A DNA stretch of 64,000 nucleotides from the human T2T-CHM13v2.0 reference genome, Homo sapiens, in NCBI RefSeq assembly GCF_009914755.1, contig NC_060926.1; one strand, written 5' to 3'. The translations under genes were made by a program, and so were the position numbers. Of the stretch, positions 39,079 through 53,405 are shown in pieces. The number at the start of each line of letters is the position of its first letter. Within the stretch, counting starts at the first letter, position 1. A model generated the notes under the pieces. It was not told where the DNA came from. It worked only from the letters and a program-made list of their open reading frames with translations, and searched no databases.

Positions 39079-40519
39079 TCAGGCCTAGACACTAAAGTTG
39101 GTGATTCGCAGGCCAATGTTCTTTCCAGTAACCCACTAAATAGATACAGAGGCACATGCAATTCTCGATTCCATGTTCACAAGACTCTCTCAATATCCAG
39201 TTTCAGCTTCATCCACTTCTTAGCACCTGCACTTTTTCCTAACTGTGAAATTTATATGCATACAAGAAAAATACCTATAACCGAAAAAAACAGAATTTCT
39301 TTTTAAAATCTGGCTTGAGGCATCTACCAGGGTAGAATTTTAATCTCATTATGAAGCTATAACTTGTTGTGATCGAAGTGTATCTTAATGTGGTTATAAC
39401 AGAGTAATATTCCTGTGTGATGAGATAATCTTAATTCACTGTAAAACATCTGTCTGTGTGCAGTACATTGTCTGCTGCTCTTGAGTATGAATATTGCTTC
39501 TCTAGGTAGAAATTTCAGCATCTCAATTTTCTGTCTGGCTTTTAAATTGTGTCTAATTAAAGGATTTCACATTCCTTCATAATATTGCCTTCTCAAGCAG
39601 AAATAAAACGACAGAACCACATTTTGTGTTTTTCTTATGAAAGAGGTTTTGTTAATATTTGGGTGGGTTATTTTGTCTGAAATATGTTAATTACTTTAAT
39701 TAGCCTTTCTTCAAGAACAGCAGCTAGGAGTTGGTGGAATGAATCTGAGCTAGATTATTGTCATTCCAAACCCCCCCTTCCCTTTCGACTTTCCCCATCC
39801 TGCCCCATCTTTCCCATTACAAAAAGACCAGAGCTCAGGATCTTAGAAAGCCCTACTCACACATAATTGCTATCACATGGGTTATTTTTGAGATGGAAGC
39901 ATAGATGCTACAAAAATAATATCCAATCATTTTATTAATCTCATAAAAAATGGTGAGGCTCCCAGAACAAGAGTACCTAGGAATCGTGAACACATAATAC
40001 AGGATTCTAATCTTAATGAGCAAGGCCAAGTTGTTCTCTCATTTTTCCCCCCTATATATTCTTTCAGTCACCTACTTGGAAAAGAAAAGAAAAAATAACA
40101 TTCTCTGTGAGGGTAGCACTGAGCAGCCAGGGGACAGTCAGCTTTTCAACTACCTTTATTGAAGCAGAAAATACCATGGGCTAAACTCCCTCCCCAGACA
40201 TCAATCACTATTTTATGGAAATTAAAAAGGACCAACAATTTGTTTTGCACCCTGACATCTCATGGAAACCATTACATACTCCCCCCCCCTAAAATAAAGA
40301 GCTTCCTGATATGAATTCTGTCATCATTTCCACAGCAGCCTGTGCCCTATCGACTCTGGCCCTGCCTCCCATAAAAGCAGGCAAGGAAAAATGCCCACAA
40401 TGCCAGGTCTCTATTCAAACTTTCCAGAGGCAGCAGGTCATTGCCCTCATTCCAGCTCTCAATGAAATACAGAGTTTGTATCTTACCCTCTTACAGACTC
40501 AATAAGCTGTTCACTAGGA

Positions 40520-40675
40520 CAGTGCTTTTCAGACTTGACTATAACGCACATCATCTGGGGATCCTGTTTCAAAATGCAGATTCTGATTTAATACTTCAAG
40601 GGTAGGACTTGAAGTTGCAACCTCTCAATGAGGCTGATGCTGTTGGTTCATACACTGGACTTTGAGTAGCAGGAG
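40520..40675. mobile_element. MER5A/B MITE
   Basis: cagtgcttttcagactt...aaaatgcagattctgatt...gctgatgctgttggtt...actttgagtagcagg. Confidence 0.8.
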
Positions 40676-40683
40676 TCTAGGAC

Positions 40684-41256
40684 AGTGACTTTCAAAATGT
40701 GTTTATCATGACCCACAGTAAGAAATGCATTTTATATTATATAATACATTCATATACATGCATGTAATATGTGTGTGAATATGGATGTAAATTAATGTAA
40801 AACTGGGCAGTTTCATGGAAAAATTCTTACCTTAACCTGTAATATTTTCTAGACTAATTTTATTTCAATAGTTACCTTGATTGTGCTGGTAGTTATATGA
40901 ACACATAGGATAAAATTGCACAGATCCATACATATACCCACTCATGAGTGAATGCATTATGGGTGAAATCTGAATAAGCTCTCAGGAGTGTACCAAAGTC
41001 AAGTTTCTGGTTTTGATATTGTACTATAGTTATGCAAGATGTTGGCATTGGGGGAGGTGGGATAAAATGTACGTGAGGTCTGTGTATTTCTTTGCAACTT
41101 GCTGTGAATAATAATTTTGAAATAAAATAATAATTCAAAATAAATTTCAATAATAATTTCAAAATAGAAAGTAAAAAAAAAGATAATAAATGCATTGGGA
41201 CTTACAAAATTGGTTCCAAGACCACTAATGTACTGGGACTCAGTGTGAAAAACACT
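40684..41256. mobile_element. hAT-Charlie MITE-like element split by an L1 fragment
   Basis: cagtgactttcaaa...tgacccacagtaagaaatgcattttata ... gaccactaatg...cagtgtgaaaaacact. Confidence 0.55.
40868..41180 (+). mobile_element. L1MD/ME 3' terminal fragment
   Basis: ggtgaaatctgaataag...tttctggttttgatattgtactatagttatgcaagatgtt...ctttgcaacttgctgtgaat...aaataaaa. Confidence 0.85.
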
Positions 41257-41588
41257 TCTTCAGGACATTATGAAACTTGATGGATTGGTTTCACCAGAGC
41301 ACCTGCTATAAGTGGTTGAGACTGAGATGAGTTTTTAACTGGGATTAAAAGGCAGTGTGGTATGAGTGGAATGTGGAGACAAAGGGAGGAACATGGAAAG
41401 GGACTTTCCAAGGGCTCCTGGGTGGAGGGCAATGTTGCCCACAAATAGCACATTGCAGTGTTCACCTGTAGCCCACACCAGAGAGGGGAAGAAACATTCA
41501 CGGGTGTCCACTGGCTGTCATCTGCCTCCTGACATTTCTAAATTTTCAGAGAGGAGCGCATCCAGAGTTTCTTGTTTTGTTGCATGTA

Positions 41589-41932
<344 letters not shown>

Positions 41933-44900
41933 TAAACACAAGGCCCCCCGGGACTTGAACGAGATGTCAGGGGAGCAGGGAATCCGGAGAAACCTTAAAG
42001 CATGAGGAGTGGGAAACATTTGGATAAAAGTGAGCCTAGAAAATGGTCCAGGGTTGGAAAGGGCCATGAGTTTTAGCCCTAAATTCAGACCAAGGAATCT
42101 AGGAGGCAATTATATGCATTTAACTCATGAGGCAACAGCACTATGCAAATAACACAACTGTACAGTCTCGTTTTCCTCAGAGTAATACAAATCACAAGAA
42201 AAGTATGGAGGAAGGAAAAGCATATTCCTTGGCCAGAGGCTCATGAATGTAGGATGAATAAGAGGTATATCTTAGTTTAATAAACCACTACTGTAATGTC
42301 ATAATGCTGAAAATATGAATCTACAACTGTTTCAAATTAACACCTACTTGATTTGTCTATATATAAGAATGAACTTATACCATTTTCTTAAGGCTTCCTT
42401 TTTGTTATTCACTTCATTTTTGCTAAGATGCATATTCCTTTTCTAACTAGATAATTCCGAAGCATTATTTTTGCTCTTGTAATCCAATTGCAGGTAAATC
42501 AGAGATATCTGCAAAGTCTAATTTAGAAGAGAAGGCTTTCTCTGCATGGCATAATAATTCATTTCAATTAGCATGATGAAACAAACTGCAGAGCCATTTT
42601 TCACTGAAAATGTTGTGGTGGAGTTCAGGGAAATATTAAAGATGTTTCTAGAAGCACAAACAAGCTTACACATGCATTTAGTTGCCCTAAGGAAAAAGGG
42701 AAGATTACAAATTATCTCATCACACAGATAAGAATGCTCTGTCCTTTTCAGCACTTTAGGTGAAACGGGATCATATCTGGCTTATTTATAGTCACTCAAT
42801 GTATGATCCCAGGACATGTCCCATAAAAATATCCCTTTTATTTGCATTATTCTTCTTTAATGCACTTATCTAAGAAAACGATGAAATAGAGACTATTGTG
42901 GGTTTTAATAAAAATATGATAGACAGAAAAATATCCATAGGAGCAAATATTGCTTCCAGGAACTGAAGGATGTTGAATAAAACTGATATAATTAAGGGTT
43001 ACCAAGAAGTTCTGATACAAGCTTAAGGGGATTTCAAATTTTGCAAATAAGAATTGTAGGGGGAAAAATCAATCTATTTAAGATAGGGTTTGTTTTGTAT
43101 GTGAATGTAGGCGTTTGTGGAGATTGAACGTGTACTGCCAACTGACTTGTGACAAACTAAAGAATGCAGTAGTGAGGGAGGAAAGAAGAGCTATAAAACT
43201 AATTGGGGTCCAACATGTTTTGGGCTGCATTTAATTTTCTTGAGGGGAAAAGAGGTCAAGAATGGAATGAAGTCAATGAGAACTGGAATAAGACTCACTG
43301 GAAAAAGTAAAAAAGCAAAATGGCCAACATTGAAAGGTCAGTGAATATCCTAGAGACAGGAAATGAATTTCAAACAAAATAGAAGGCAGTATTTCTATCT
43401 GTGTTTGAGAGTTGCTAAAATTGCTATTTAAAAGGGCGACTTAAATCACCAGGTGCTGTTTGCACAGAATCTAATTTTGGTGTATTTAATTCATTAGAAA
43501 TATTAAGAACATAGATGTTTTGCACTGGGCAATAAAATAAATATTTAAACCCATATTAAAACTGTTACTATTTACCAATACTTAGTTACTGTTTTATTAT
43601 AATGTCTTTTCTTGGGAGGAAAAAAAACCCTCAGTCTTCTCTCCCAAGAAGTCTTCATCATGACAGTGCTATTAATATAAAACTTTACCCAAAAGTGTGA
43701 AATCAAATAAATTCCTTCTTTTGTTAAAAAGGTGCAACTGTCAGTCAATATCATTGGGATTGATCATTTACATGTAGCATTTTAAACAGGCATAATTTGA
43801 TTGCAAGGTTGTTAGATGCCCTTATGTATCCACTGTCTCAAGCTGTAGCTCTGACTGAATAAAGCAAATTCTGGATTAGCATCCAAATGCTTTCCAAAGT
43901 AAAATCAAAGCAAATAATTGCTACTTGGAACTGCCACACCTAAGCGCATCGTTTGAGTCTACAAAGCCTGATTTGTAGAAATAAATGTTCATGGTTTTAC
44001 TGAAGGTTAATAATAATTAGAATGAACAACAATTGTTAGGAGAGTTTCTCTTCTCAAGGAGGCATTCATAACTGTGATGTATTGATGTCCTTGTCTCCTG
44101 GCTTCCTGTCTGATGCTGTGAGATTCTGGGAAAGACCATATGATGTGGCAGGATGATGCTGGGGCAACAGACAGAGTAGGCAGGCTTGTAAAACTCAAAC
44201 AGGTCGCCAACAAACCCGCTGTTGTGCCTAGAGCTTCCAGTAACATGCACATTCTCTTTTTTCTCTAAGCATTCTGTTAAGCCTTTCCTCATATATCACC
44301 ATTGCATGTAAATATTTAGACTGGCCCTTTTTGGCACTATACACCTATGTTATGCTTTTAAAACTGTGACTTGTCCTCTTCCACCCACTTGTGGGAAAGA
44401 CTGTTTTGCCTACATTTTCCCCCAGTCACACGTATTCTGAATGTTTTTGGCATTTCTGCTTGGCTCTGCAATGGAGTATTACCAAGCCTTTCTTCCCCCT
44501 CCCTTTAAGTAAAGGAATGAATTGGAGTATGTGTTATACTTTGCTGTCTTGGCAAGAAAGGAGGAGGATCAGAAAGGAGCCCAATATGTTCTTTGTCCAT
44601 GCATGTGGTGCTCCTAGCCCTGTTTCCAGAGGCTATATAGAAAGCTTGGATAGGCTATGGCTTCAATCATATACTGGCTCTGGTGGTATTCACTATAAAG
44701 ATATATACCCCAAACCCTCTCAGGGAGCTTAAAGGCAGCAATCTGATTCTCCATGGGACTAAGGGGCTTGCCTTGAAGCTATATTTGTCCCACAAATGTG
44801 TTTCGCTTTGATTGTATGTTTATTTGGGAAAAATGATGGGGTTTAGAATTACAGACCCACAGATTTCCCCTCCCCACCATCACCACTACAAAATAGACTC

Positions 44901-45964
44901 CTTTCCCCCAAAATTTGGCCATCAGAAAAACCTGACATGTATTTCTCCATAAGGTAATTGAACTATGAAAGTGCAATATATGTTTACAAACTATATATAT
45001 ATTTTTTTCCCTTTGGTCTTTTGTTAAGCACATGAATAGCAACCAGAAAAAAAAAAAACCTTAAAAATCAGCAGGGTAGCACTAGCTGGAATGTAATTTT
45101 ACAAAACCTGGCCATCTTTCAAAAAGAGTGGGTGGATTTTTAGCGCTACAAATGTTTGTGTATTATAAAGTATTTGCCATGGTGACAAAGCTGGGAGAAA
45201 CATCCCATTAGCCACAGACGGGCTACAGACTGTTCTGATTATCCATGTCCAAAACTCAGTCTGGCTACAGCTTTGTGTTATTTTCAGCATTTATAAGTGC
45301 TCCATTTTTTCAACATACTAACCTACAACTTAGTAAATATGGATGTATGTAAGCCTTTAATATAAAGTTACATTGAAGCATGTTCTCAGGGCTTGTTCAT
45401 GTAACCTATGTAAAGATTATGTGTTTATTATGTAAAATGGATGTGTTTACACTGTTAAAAGTAATAAGCTTTAAAAGAATGAAAGACTTGTGAAAAGTAT
45501 CCTGGAGCACTTATTAAAAATAAAATGGTCATGCAGAGAAAACATGAAGCAGAGGTAATGAAGTGACTGCCCTAATTTATTTGCAGACATTTCTGACTAT
45601 TGATTTCAGTTTTAAAAGTTATAGCCTCTGTTTTAAAAAGTGGCTTTCACCTCATGTGCATGAGCAGAAATGTGAAGGCATGGGGAGAAATGTGAATTAT
45701 AAATAGCCAGGAGAAACTATGCCACTGCATGTAAAGAATCCACACTCTTCCTCTTCCTAACATTTCTCTGCCAAAGAAAACATGGGGAAAATGTTAATGA
45801 CTCATTTTTGCCCCTTTTTTGGGGGAGAATGTTTATAAGCAAATGATGTTTTATGTAGTGGAATGAATAGCCCCACAATAACACCTAGTATCAGACAGAA
45901 AATTGCTTTGAAGTTACCCATGGCTGCACAAGGTAGAAGTCAGGCCGAAGAAAGAAAAAAAGAC

Positions 45965-45987
45965 AAATAAATAAATAAATAAATAAA
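45965..45987. repeat. (AAAT)n microsatellite
   Basis: aaataaataaataaataaataaa. Confidence 0.95.
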
Positions 45988-48387
45988 GCTTTAAGGTCAT
46001 ATAAAGGTTAAAGAAAATAGCCCACAGAAAATTAATTCTTATCATCTGAGTAGCAATGCTCCAAATTGAACCACAGTGGCAGCTAGAACTATCTGAAAAT
46101 TTGGTGAAAAGACCTTACACAATTTATTCTGCAACTGCAACTCTTCAAACTTTTCCGTACTTTTCTGGGTGATTTTTAGTGGGGATGGCACTGATGTTTC
46201 TTTCTCGTATAAACAAGGAAGAAATTCTAATTTACCTGTTTATTGTTTGGTCTTTCAAGCCAGGTTATATAGCAGATCGCTTCACTAAACAGGACTGAAG
46301 AGAGAAACATTTTAATGAGGAGGTAAAATGCCTGCTACAGGTATTTTGAGCAAATAAAGTTTTGCTGACTCCTTCCAAAAATTGTGTTTTCTTGATGCAT
46401 TTTGAAAAGTACTAAGTACTAATTCAAGTGCACATTTGTGTAAATGGAACAGTTGTTTCAATAAAATATAATGAGCTTTTCATATTCCCCAAATATGCTC
46501 ATGTTCAAAAGATGATTTATCAATACATTACACAATTTTGGAAGAGGCAAATTAAAGAACCTTAGTTTTAAAGGACAAAGGATTCTAAGGTCTTATTTGT
46601 AGGGTACTGAATAGGATTGTATTAAACATTGCTACTCCTAATTCCAAGGTTAGTCTGTGTTTTGAGGACTGATTCTAATACTAGTTTAATTTGTTCTTGC
46701 CAATCAGCTAAGCAGTGGATTTCAGCACTTAAAGCAACCCCAGTTCCTAACACTGTTAAGCAATCTTCATGACCAAAGAGTCTGTCTATAGTCAGCATCG
46801 GGGTGGGCATCTGGGGCAGTCCTTTATTGAATATTTCACAATTGTCATTTGTTTCTACCCTGCATTTGCTTTAGAGTTCACATTTGGCATTTTCCCAAAG
46901 CTAATCTGGACCACTGTCTTTCAAACTTGAGCTGAGATGTTCATCGGGTCTTTCTCTATTATATTTTGCTCATGACTAAATAAAACAAGACAGACATAAA
47001 AGCCTAAATTCTTGACACATCTTTTATAATGGCAAATTTTCATATTTAAAGAATGCCTTGTACATATTTGTGTTTCAATGGAGCCCTATGCATCTGTTAC
47101 TTATTTTGGAGCAGCAGCTATCACATATGCAAAAGTCTTTTGCAGATAAATTACTGTATTTCAATCTAAAATTACACATAAAGGATTTAATTCTTTAGAA
47201 GAAAATTCCTTACACAGTCATCACAAAAAGATCACAAAGGAAATAGCATCACACTGTGTGTACATAAATATGTGACCAGTTACTGTAGTCATTGGTACAG
47301 TAATAGTATGCATGCTTGCTTTATTTGAATGCACAAATGCAGAGCAATATCCATTAAGGGTATAGACAAACAAATGCTTCCTATTTGCTGTACAACTGAA
47401 GGCCTAGGATTTATATAGGTTCCAACTTGGAAAGTGCATATAGTATGCACTTCATCTCACAACTTCTCTCCCAAGGCTCTGTGAGCATCAACAGAAAGAC
47501 ACTTGCAGGAACTCTTCCTCTGCATTTGCATTTGTTGCCCGGCCTGCTTCTTTGCCCCTCCCTCCCACCCAATAAGTAGAGCACTATATGCATACCACCC
47601 AAAGGCCAACTTTTCAACCCAAAGAAAAAATGTTAATCCCTGGAAGGAATAGCACTGGAAGACCACTCCATCCCTTCTCGCTACTCCCATGAGAAGAGGA
47701 GGAAGGGTCTCATCAGCCTCTGATTGGTGGAACTGGGAGACAGGGTGATACTCCTCACTAGAGATCCATCCTCTTTGATGCTGTCTGGACCTGGCTGCCC
47801 ACAAACAACCCACATTTTCCTTTTTACTTCCTGCCACCTTGTCTGAACCAGAGCAGCTGCTCTGCCCACCACCAGACAATGTCAATTCAAGGTGGGTGGA
47901 GAGGATGTAAAGCCTATTGGTCTTAGATCCAAGATATGTTCTCCAACCCATTACTAGCAAGAAAGGCCATTTTTTATTCCTGTCTGACCTCTATTATCTA
48001 CTTCTCAAAGTAGTTCAGAACTCAGAGAAGAGTTAAGTTTTCTGGGGTCTTGAAAACACCAACTTCCCTTTAGCAATTATCTTACTGTAGTTTAATATTT
48101 GATTGGCCATACGCCTTTGTGCTAGAGCATAAGCAATTTGAGAGTAAAATCTAGTTCTTTTTATCTTTGTAAGCCCTGACCTAACACAGAGTAGCATTAA
48201 TGTTGTTTCCACCCATCAGTCATTACACTAATATCTAATAAAATAGTAATAAAATGATAACCTGGTTTTAAAAGACTTCACTCAAGCAATTACATAAGCT
48301 GCATTTGTAGGTATAAAATTATTACCTGGGGTAAAGTGCCATATTATTGACTGATTTGATCTAATGAATATTACAAGTAGACTGAAG

Positions 48388-48750
48388 TGTGAGTACTTAG
48401 TTCGGGCTGCTATCACCAAACACCAAAGACTGGGTGGCTTGTATGCAACATATTTATTTCTCACAGTTCTAGAGGCCGAAAGTCTGAGATCAGGGGATAC
48501 CAGTCTGAGATCAAGGTCTAGTGAGGGCCCTCTTTCTTGTTGCAGACTGTCAACTTTTCATTGTATCCTCACATGGCAGAAAGATGACTCTCTGTGGCCT
48601 ACTTTATAAGGGCACTAATCCCATTCATGAGGGCTCTATCCTCATGACCTAATTACCACCCAAAGTCCCCACCTCCTAATACTATTACCCTGGGGGGTTA
48701 GGACTTCAACATATGTATTTGCAGGAGGACCCAAACATTCAGTCCACAAC
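48388..48750 (-). mobile_element. MaLR solo LTR (MLT1A-like)
   Basis: cttagttcgggctgctat...atttctcacagttctagagg...ttataagggcactaatcccattcatgaggg...caaacattcagtccacaac. Confidence 0.92.
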
Positions 48751-48855
48751 TATCTCCCTCCTGCTGTTCTCCCTAATCTACATTAGAATACACAATTCTA
48801 ATGTATTATGTGTGTATGAATGAGGGCATTGGATATTAGGGATGCCTTACTTTTC

Positions 48856-50172
48856 TTTTTTAAATTGTTTAAAATTTTACTTTAACTTCTGGGATACATG
48901 TACAGAATGTGCAGGTTTGTTACATAGGTATACATGTGCCATGGTGGTTTGCTGCACCTATCAATCCATCATCTAGGTTTTAAGCTCCGCATGCATTAGG
49001 TGTTTGTACTAATGCTCTTTCTCCCCTTAGCCCCCACCCACTGACAGGCCTCAGTGTGTGTTGTTCCCCTCCCTGTGTCCATGTGTTCTCATTGTTCAAC
49101 TCCCACTTATGAGTGAGAACTTGTGGTGTTTGGTTTTCTGTTCCCGTATTAGTTTGCTGAGAATGATGGCTTCCAGCTTCATCCATGTCCCTGCAAAGGA
49201 CATGGTCTCATTCTTTTTTATGGCTGCATAGTATTCCATGGTGTTTATGTGCCACATTTTCTTTATCCAGTCTATCACTAATGGGCATTTGGGTTCATTC
49301 CAAGTCTTTGCTTTCATAAATAGTGCTGCAATAAACATATGTGTGCATGTATCTTTATAGTAGAATGATTTATAATCCTTTGGGTATATACCCAGCAATG
49401 GGATTGCTGGGTCAAATGGTATTTCTGGTTCTAGATCCTTGAGGAATCGCCACACTGTCTTCCCCAATGGTTGAATTAATTGACACTCCCACCAAGAATA
49501 TAAAAGCGTTCCTATATCTCCACAGCCTTGTCAGCATCTGTTGTTTCCTGACTTTTTAATAATTGCTATTCTGACTGTCACGAGATGGTATCTCATTGTG
49601 GTTTTGATTTGCATTTCTCTAATGATCAGTGATGATGAGCTTTTTTTCATATGTTTGTTGGCCGCATATATGTCTTCTTTTGAGAAATGTCTGCTCATAT
49701 ACTTTGCCCACTTTTTGATGGGGTTTTTTTTTCTTGTAAATTTGTTTAAGTTCCTTGTAGATTCTGGATATTAGGCTTTTGTCAGATGTGTAGATTGCAA
49801 AAATTTTCTTCCATTCTGTAGGTTGCCTGTTCACTCTGATGCTAGTTTCTTTTGCTATGCTGAAGCTCTTTAGTTTAATTGGATCCCATTTGTCAATTTT
49901 GGCATTTGTGGAAATTGCTTTTGGTGTTTTAGTCATAAAGTCTTTGCCCGTGCCTATGTTGTAAATGGTATTGCCTAGGTTTTCTTCTAGGGTTTTTATG
50001 GTTTGGGGTTTTACATTTACATCTTTAATCCATCTTGAGTTAATTTTTGCATAAGGCATAAGGAAGGGGTCCAGTTTCAATTTTCTTCATATGGCTAGCC
50101 AGTTTTTCCCAGCACCATTTATTAAATAGGGAGTCCTTTCCCCATTGCTTGTTTTTGTCAGGTTTGTTGAAG
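48856..50172 (-). mobile_element. L1PA8-like 3' segment (ORF2 C-terminus and 3' UTR)
   Basis: Minus-strand ORFs match L1 ORF2 ([17 protein letters not shown]; VWRFLKDLEPEIPFDPAIPLLGIYPKDYKSF); PA8-type tctaggttttaagc..gcatgcattagg. Confidence 0.97.
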
Positions 50173-50177
50173 GTTTG

Positions 50178-50654
<477 letters not shown>

Positions 50655-51404
50655 TAGTCACTCTGAAGATTGAGTAAGGTATCAAGTATATAAATATCTC
50701 TTATATCAGGAATCTCCAATCTTTTCCTGAAGAATAATACTTGGTTATTTCCATAAAATGGTTGTGATGATTCAGAACCCAAGCACTGAGCTGGATGCTG
50801 CTTTCCTGTTTCCATCTTCACAAGAAGGGAAGCCCCAGGAGCAAGATGATGCATATCTCTGAAAGTCTTCATGATCCTGGTGGAATTTCCTGAAGTTATA
50901 TACACAGCTTGAAAATTTTCTTGACACAAAATTTAAGTCATGCTAAATACTTTGTCTGTAAGTATATGTGGCATTGTGTATGGACCAATTCAAGCAAGTA
51001 GTTCTTAGTAATAAGCATTAAGTAGTCATAACCTAACTAGAAAACTTAATTTTAGAGTCATTATAAGACAAACAGGAGAGTGGTCCACATGAAAGAAATG
51101 AAACCAACATAGATTATAAGATCCAGAGATTGTTGAGCAACACAGTTCCCTTTTTGCTTCAGCTAGCCATGGATGAATATCCATCTTCCAATTTGTTGTT
51201 GTTGTTTTCAGGGTTTACATGTTTCTGATAACAGGTGCTCATCGTCATGTGCTTTTATCATTATGCATTCCCGTGATGCTCACATTTTCTTTCAGATAAT
51301 TATAGCAATCAGCAATTAATTTTTTTCTTTCCAAGAGAGACTATGAAATAAACCTTAAAACCTATTAACACCAATACTTTATTTTATCCTATGGATTGTT
51401 TGCA

Positions 51405-51441
51405 TAATCCACTAAACTAATCCACTAATCCACTAAACTAA
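51405..51441. repeat. Short tandem repeat with three TAATCC
   Basis: taatccactaaac taatccac taatccactaaac taa. Confidence 0.9.
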
Positions 51442-53387
51442 GTCAAATCTCTTCAAATAACTTGTCTCTAGCCATCTTATCAGAAGCAAGAATAAATTTA
51501 GTTAGACAGCTTCTGGGTGGAAGAAAGGATGGGGAAAGTAGAGGTGTTTACCTAAAGTGAAACAGGATAAAGAAGGTTTAGGAGGAGGTGGGAGAAAGAG
51601 AATGAGAATCAAAGAAGAGGTAATAGTATATCAGTCTTTGGAGACAGGAAGATGAAAGAGGGAGGCAGAGGGTTGGGAGGCAGACCAGGGACAAGGACAG
51701 GGAACACTGAGAATATGACCCTATTGTGATTGGGGAGGGTTTTAGGATTGGCTGACACTGGTGTTCCAAATAGAATGAGCCATAGGTCACTTCAAAGCTG
51801 CATCAGCAAATGTCCCTCTTCACCCACCTCCATGTTGATGCAAGATACAACTCCAACTGAGGGAGAATATATAAACCAACTTCTTTGGATTTCAAACAAG
51901 ATGTCCCTTTGCTGTCTGATATTGAAAGTATATACATCTGGTTTCAATATAAAACATATCTGCACCCTACACACTTGTCAGAGAGCTTAACCTGGCCCAC
52001 TGTGTACAATTTTATTGTATTTCATTTCAAGGTAATTTCAGGAATAAGTAGGATATAAATTACCATAAATAACACAAACTTAAAACACAGATCCTCCCTC
52101 CTGCTTTAGGATTGGTGCACTATTAGATAACCCTGGATCAAATAGAAAATATTCCTTGTACTTTCTTTGCTCTGCTTAAGAAGGCAAAAAACTGTTGTAT
52201 ATTTTAGATTTTAATCCAGACACTTCACTTAAAATATAAAAGTATTGGCATGAAAAAGTGTCAGCTCTGGAAAACGTGTCTATGTGGGACACCTCATTCC
52301 CCAGCAATGTTAGCTAAATGATGTGCCACTATAAGAAGCAATGATGCATGACATCAAAGAGAGTTGGACCCACCATATTTCATCACACTTTCTCTGGCAT
52401 TCCAGAAGACCTCCTTGTTCTGCCTTCTTTACCACTGCTGCAAGAACTGAATCAAATATCCGGACCTTCCCCTGACAACTGAATTGATAACATTTTGATT
52501 TTTGAATTTCCATTAGAAATAATGCATGGCTACATGGCAAGAGAAAAGAAAGCAATAATGTGAAAAGCTTAGATACACCATGACATTATCATTTTATATA
52601 AATGTACTTACATTTTAAAATAGATAGTAATGAGTCATTAGAGGAAAGATATTGTATCTTTGTATTACAGTGCTACTGAGCTTAATGCTGAATGTCTCTT
52701 CAGCAGCCATAGATAGAAAGGGAGAGGGTAGGGTTGCTCCTCACTGACCTCTCAGGCATTATTCAGGACTATAGCCACATCATGCAAATATTTAATCAGT
52801 TCCTGAAAATTGTCAGCAAGAGGCAGTTAGAGAGAGGCAGCATTCTTCATTTATTACTGGCACTGCTGTAATAGTACTGAAGATAGAGGGGCACACTAAT
52901 CCCCTGTCCCTCAGCTAGACAACTGAAAATTCTTACTCTATCAGCAAAATGTGTCTATCAAAATCAAGACATAAGGTCTCGAAGACCATTTCATTTGAGA
53001 AAACATGAAATGGGACTAAATGGTGGGCACACGGTCTTGAAATAAAAGGTTACTTTTGATCCAGGGAGGGAGAAAAGATTGACCTCAAATGATCCTATGT
53101 CCAGGGAAGCCAATTTTAAACCCTGCAGTATTTATATTATAACTTCCAAAAAAATTTTAATCTGAATTTCTGCAAAATTAACATTAATGGAATACTGAAT
53201 TTGTATGAGAATGAAACTAATCTCAAAGAAAATTATGTTTAAAAACCATTTTGAGAGAGAAATTATCATGTTTTGTTCTACAGGGAAAGGATTCGTGTTG
53301 ACAAGTCAAACAAAAAGGAGGATGGGAACCAGTTGTCCAGGGAGTAGCAGGGCCAGGGCCTCTGAGCCCGCTGGCCGGCAGAGCAGG

Positions 53388-53405
53388 CAGTGCCCCCTGC
53401 AGGCC
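53388..53405 (-). promoter_or_regulatory. Candidate CTCF binding site
   Basis: Reverse strand GGCCTGCAGGGGGCACTG fits the CTCF core CC(A/T)(C/G)(C/T)AG(A/G)(G/T)GGC(A/G), inside a GC-rich non-repeat patch. Confidence 0.6.

Noticed and set aside
47524-47531. Octamer ATTTGCAT
   Set aside because: A single 8-mer without a correctly oriented SOX half-site; expected by chance
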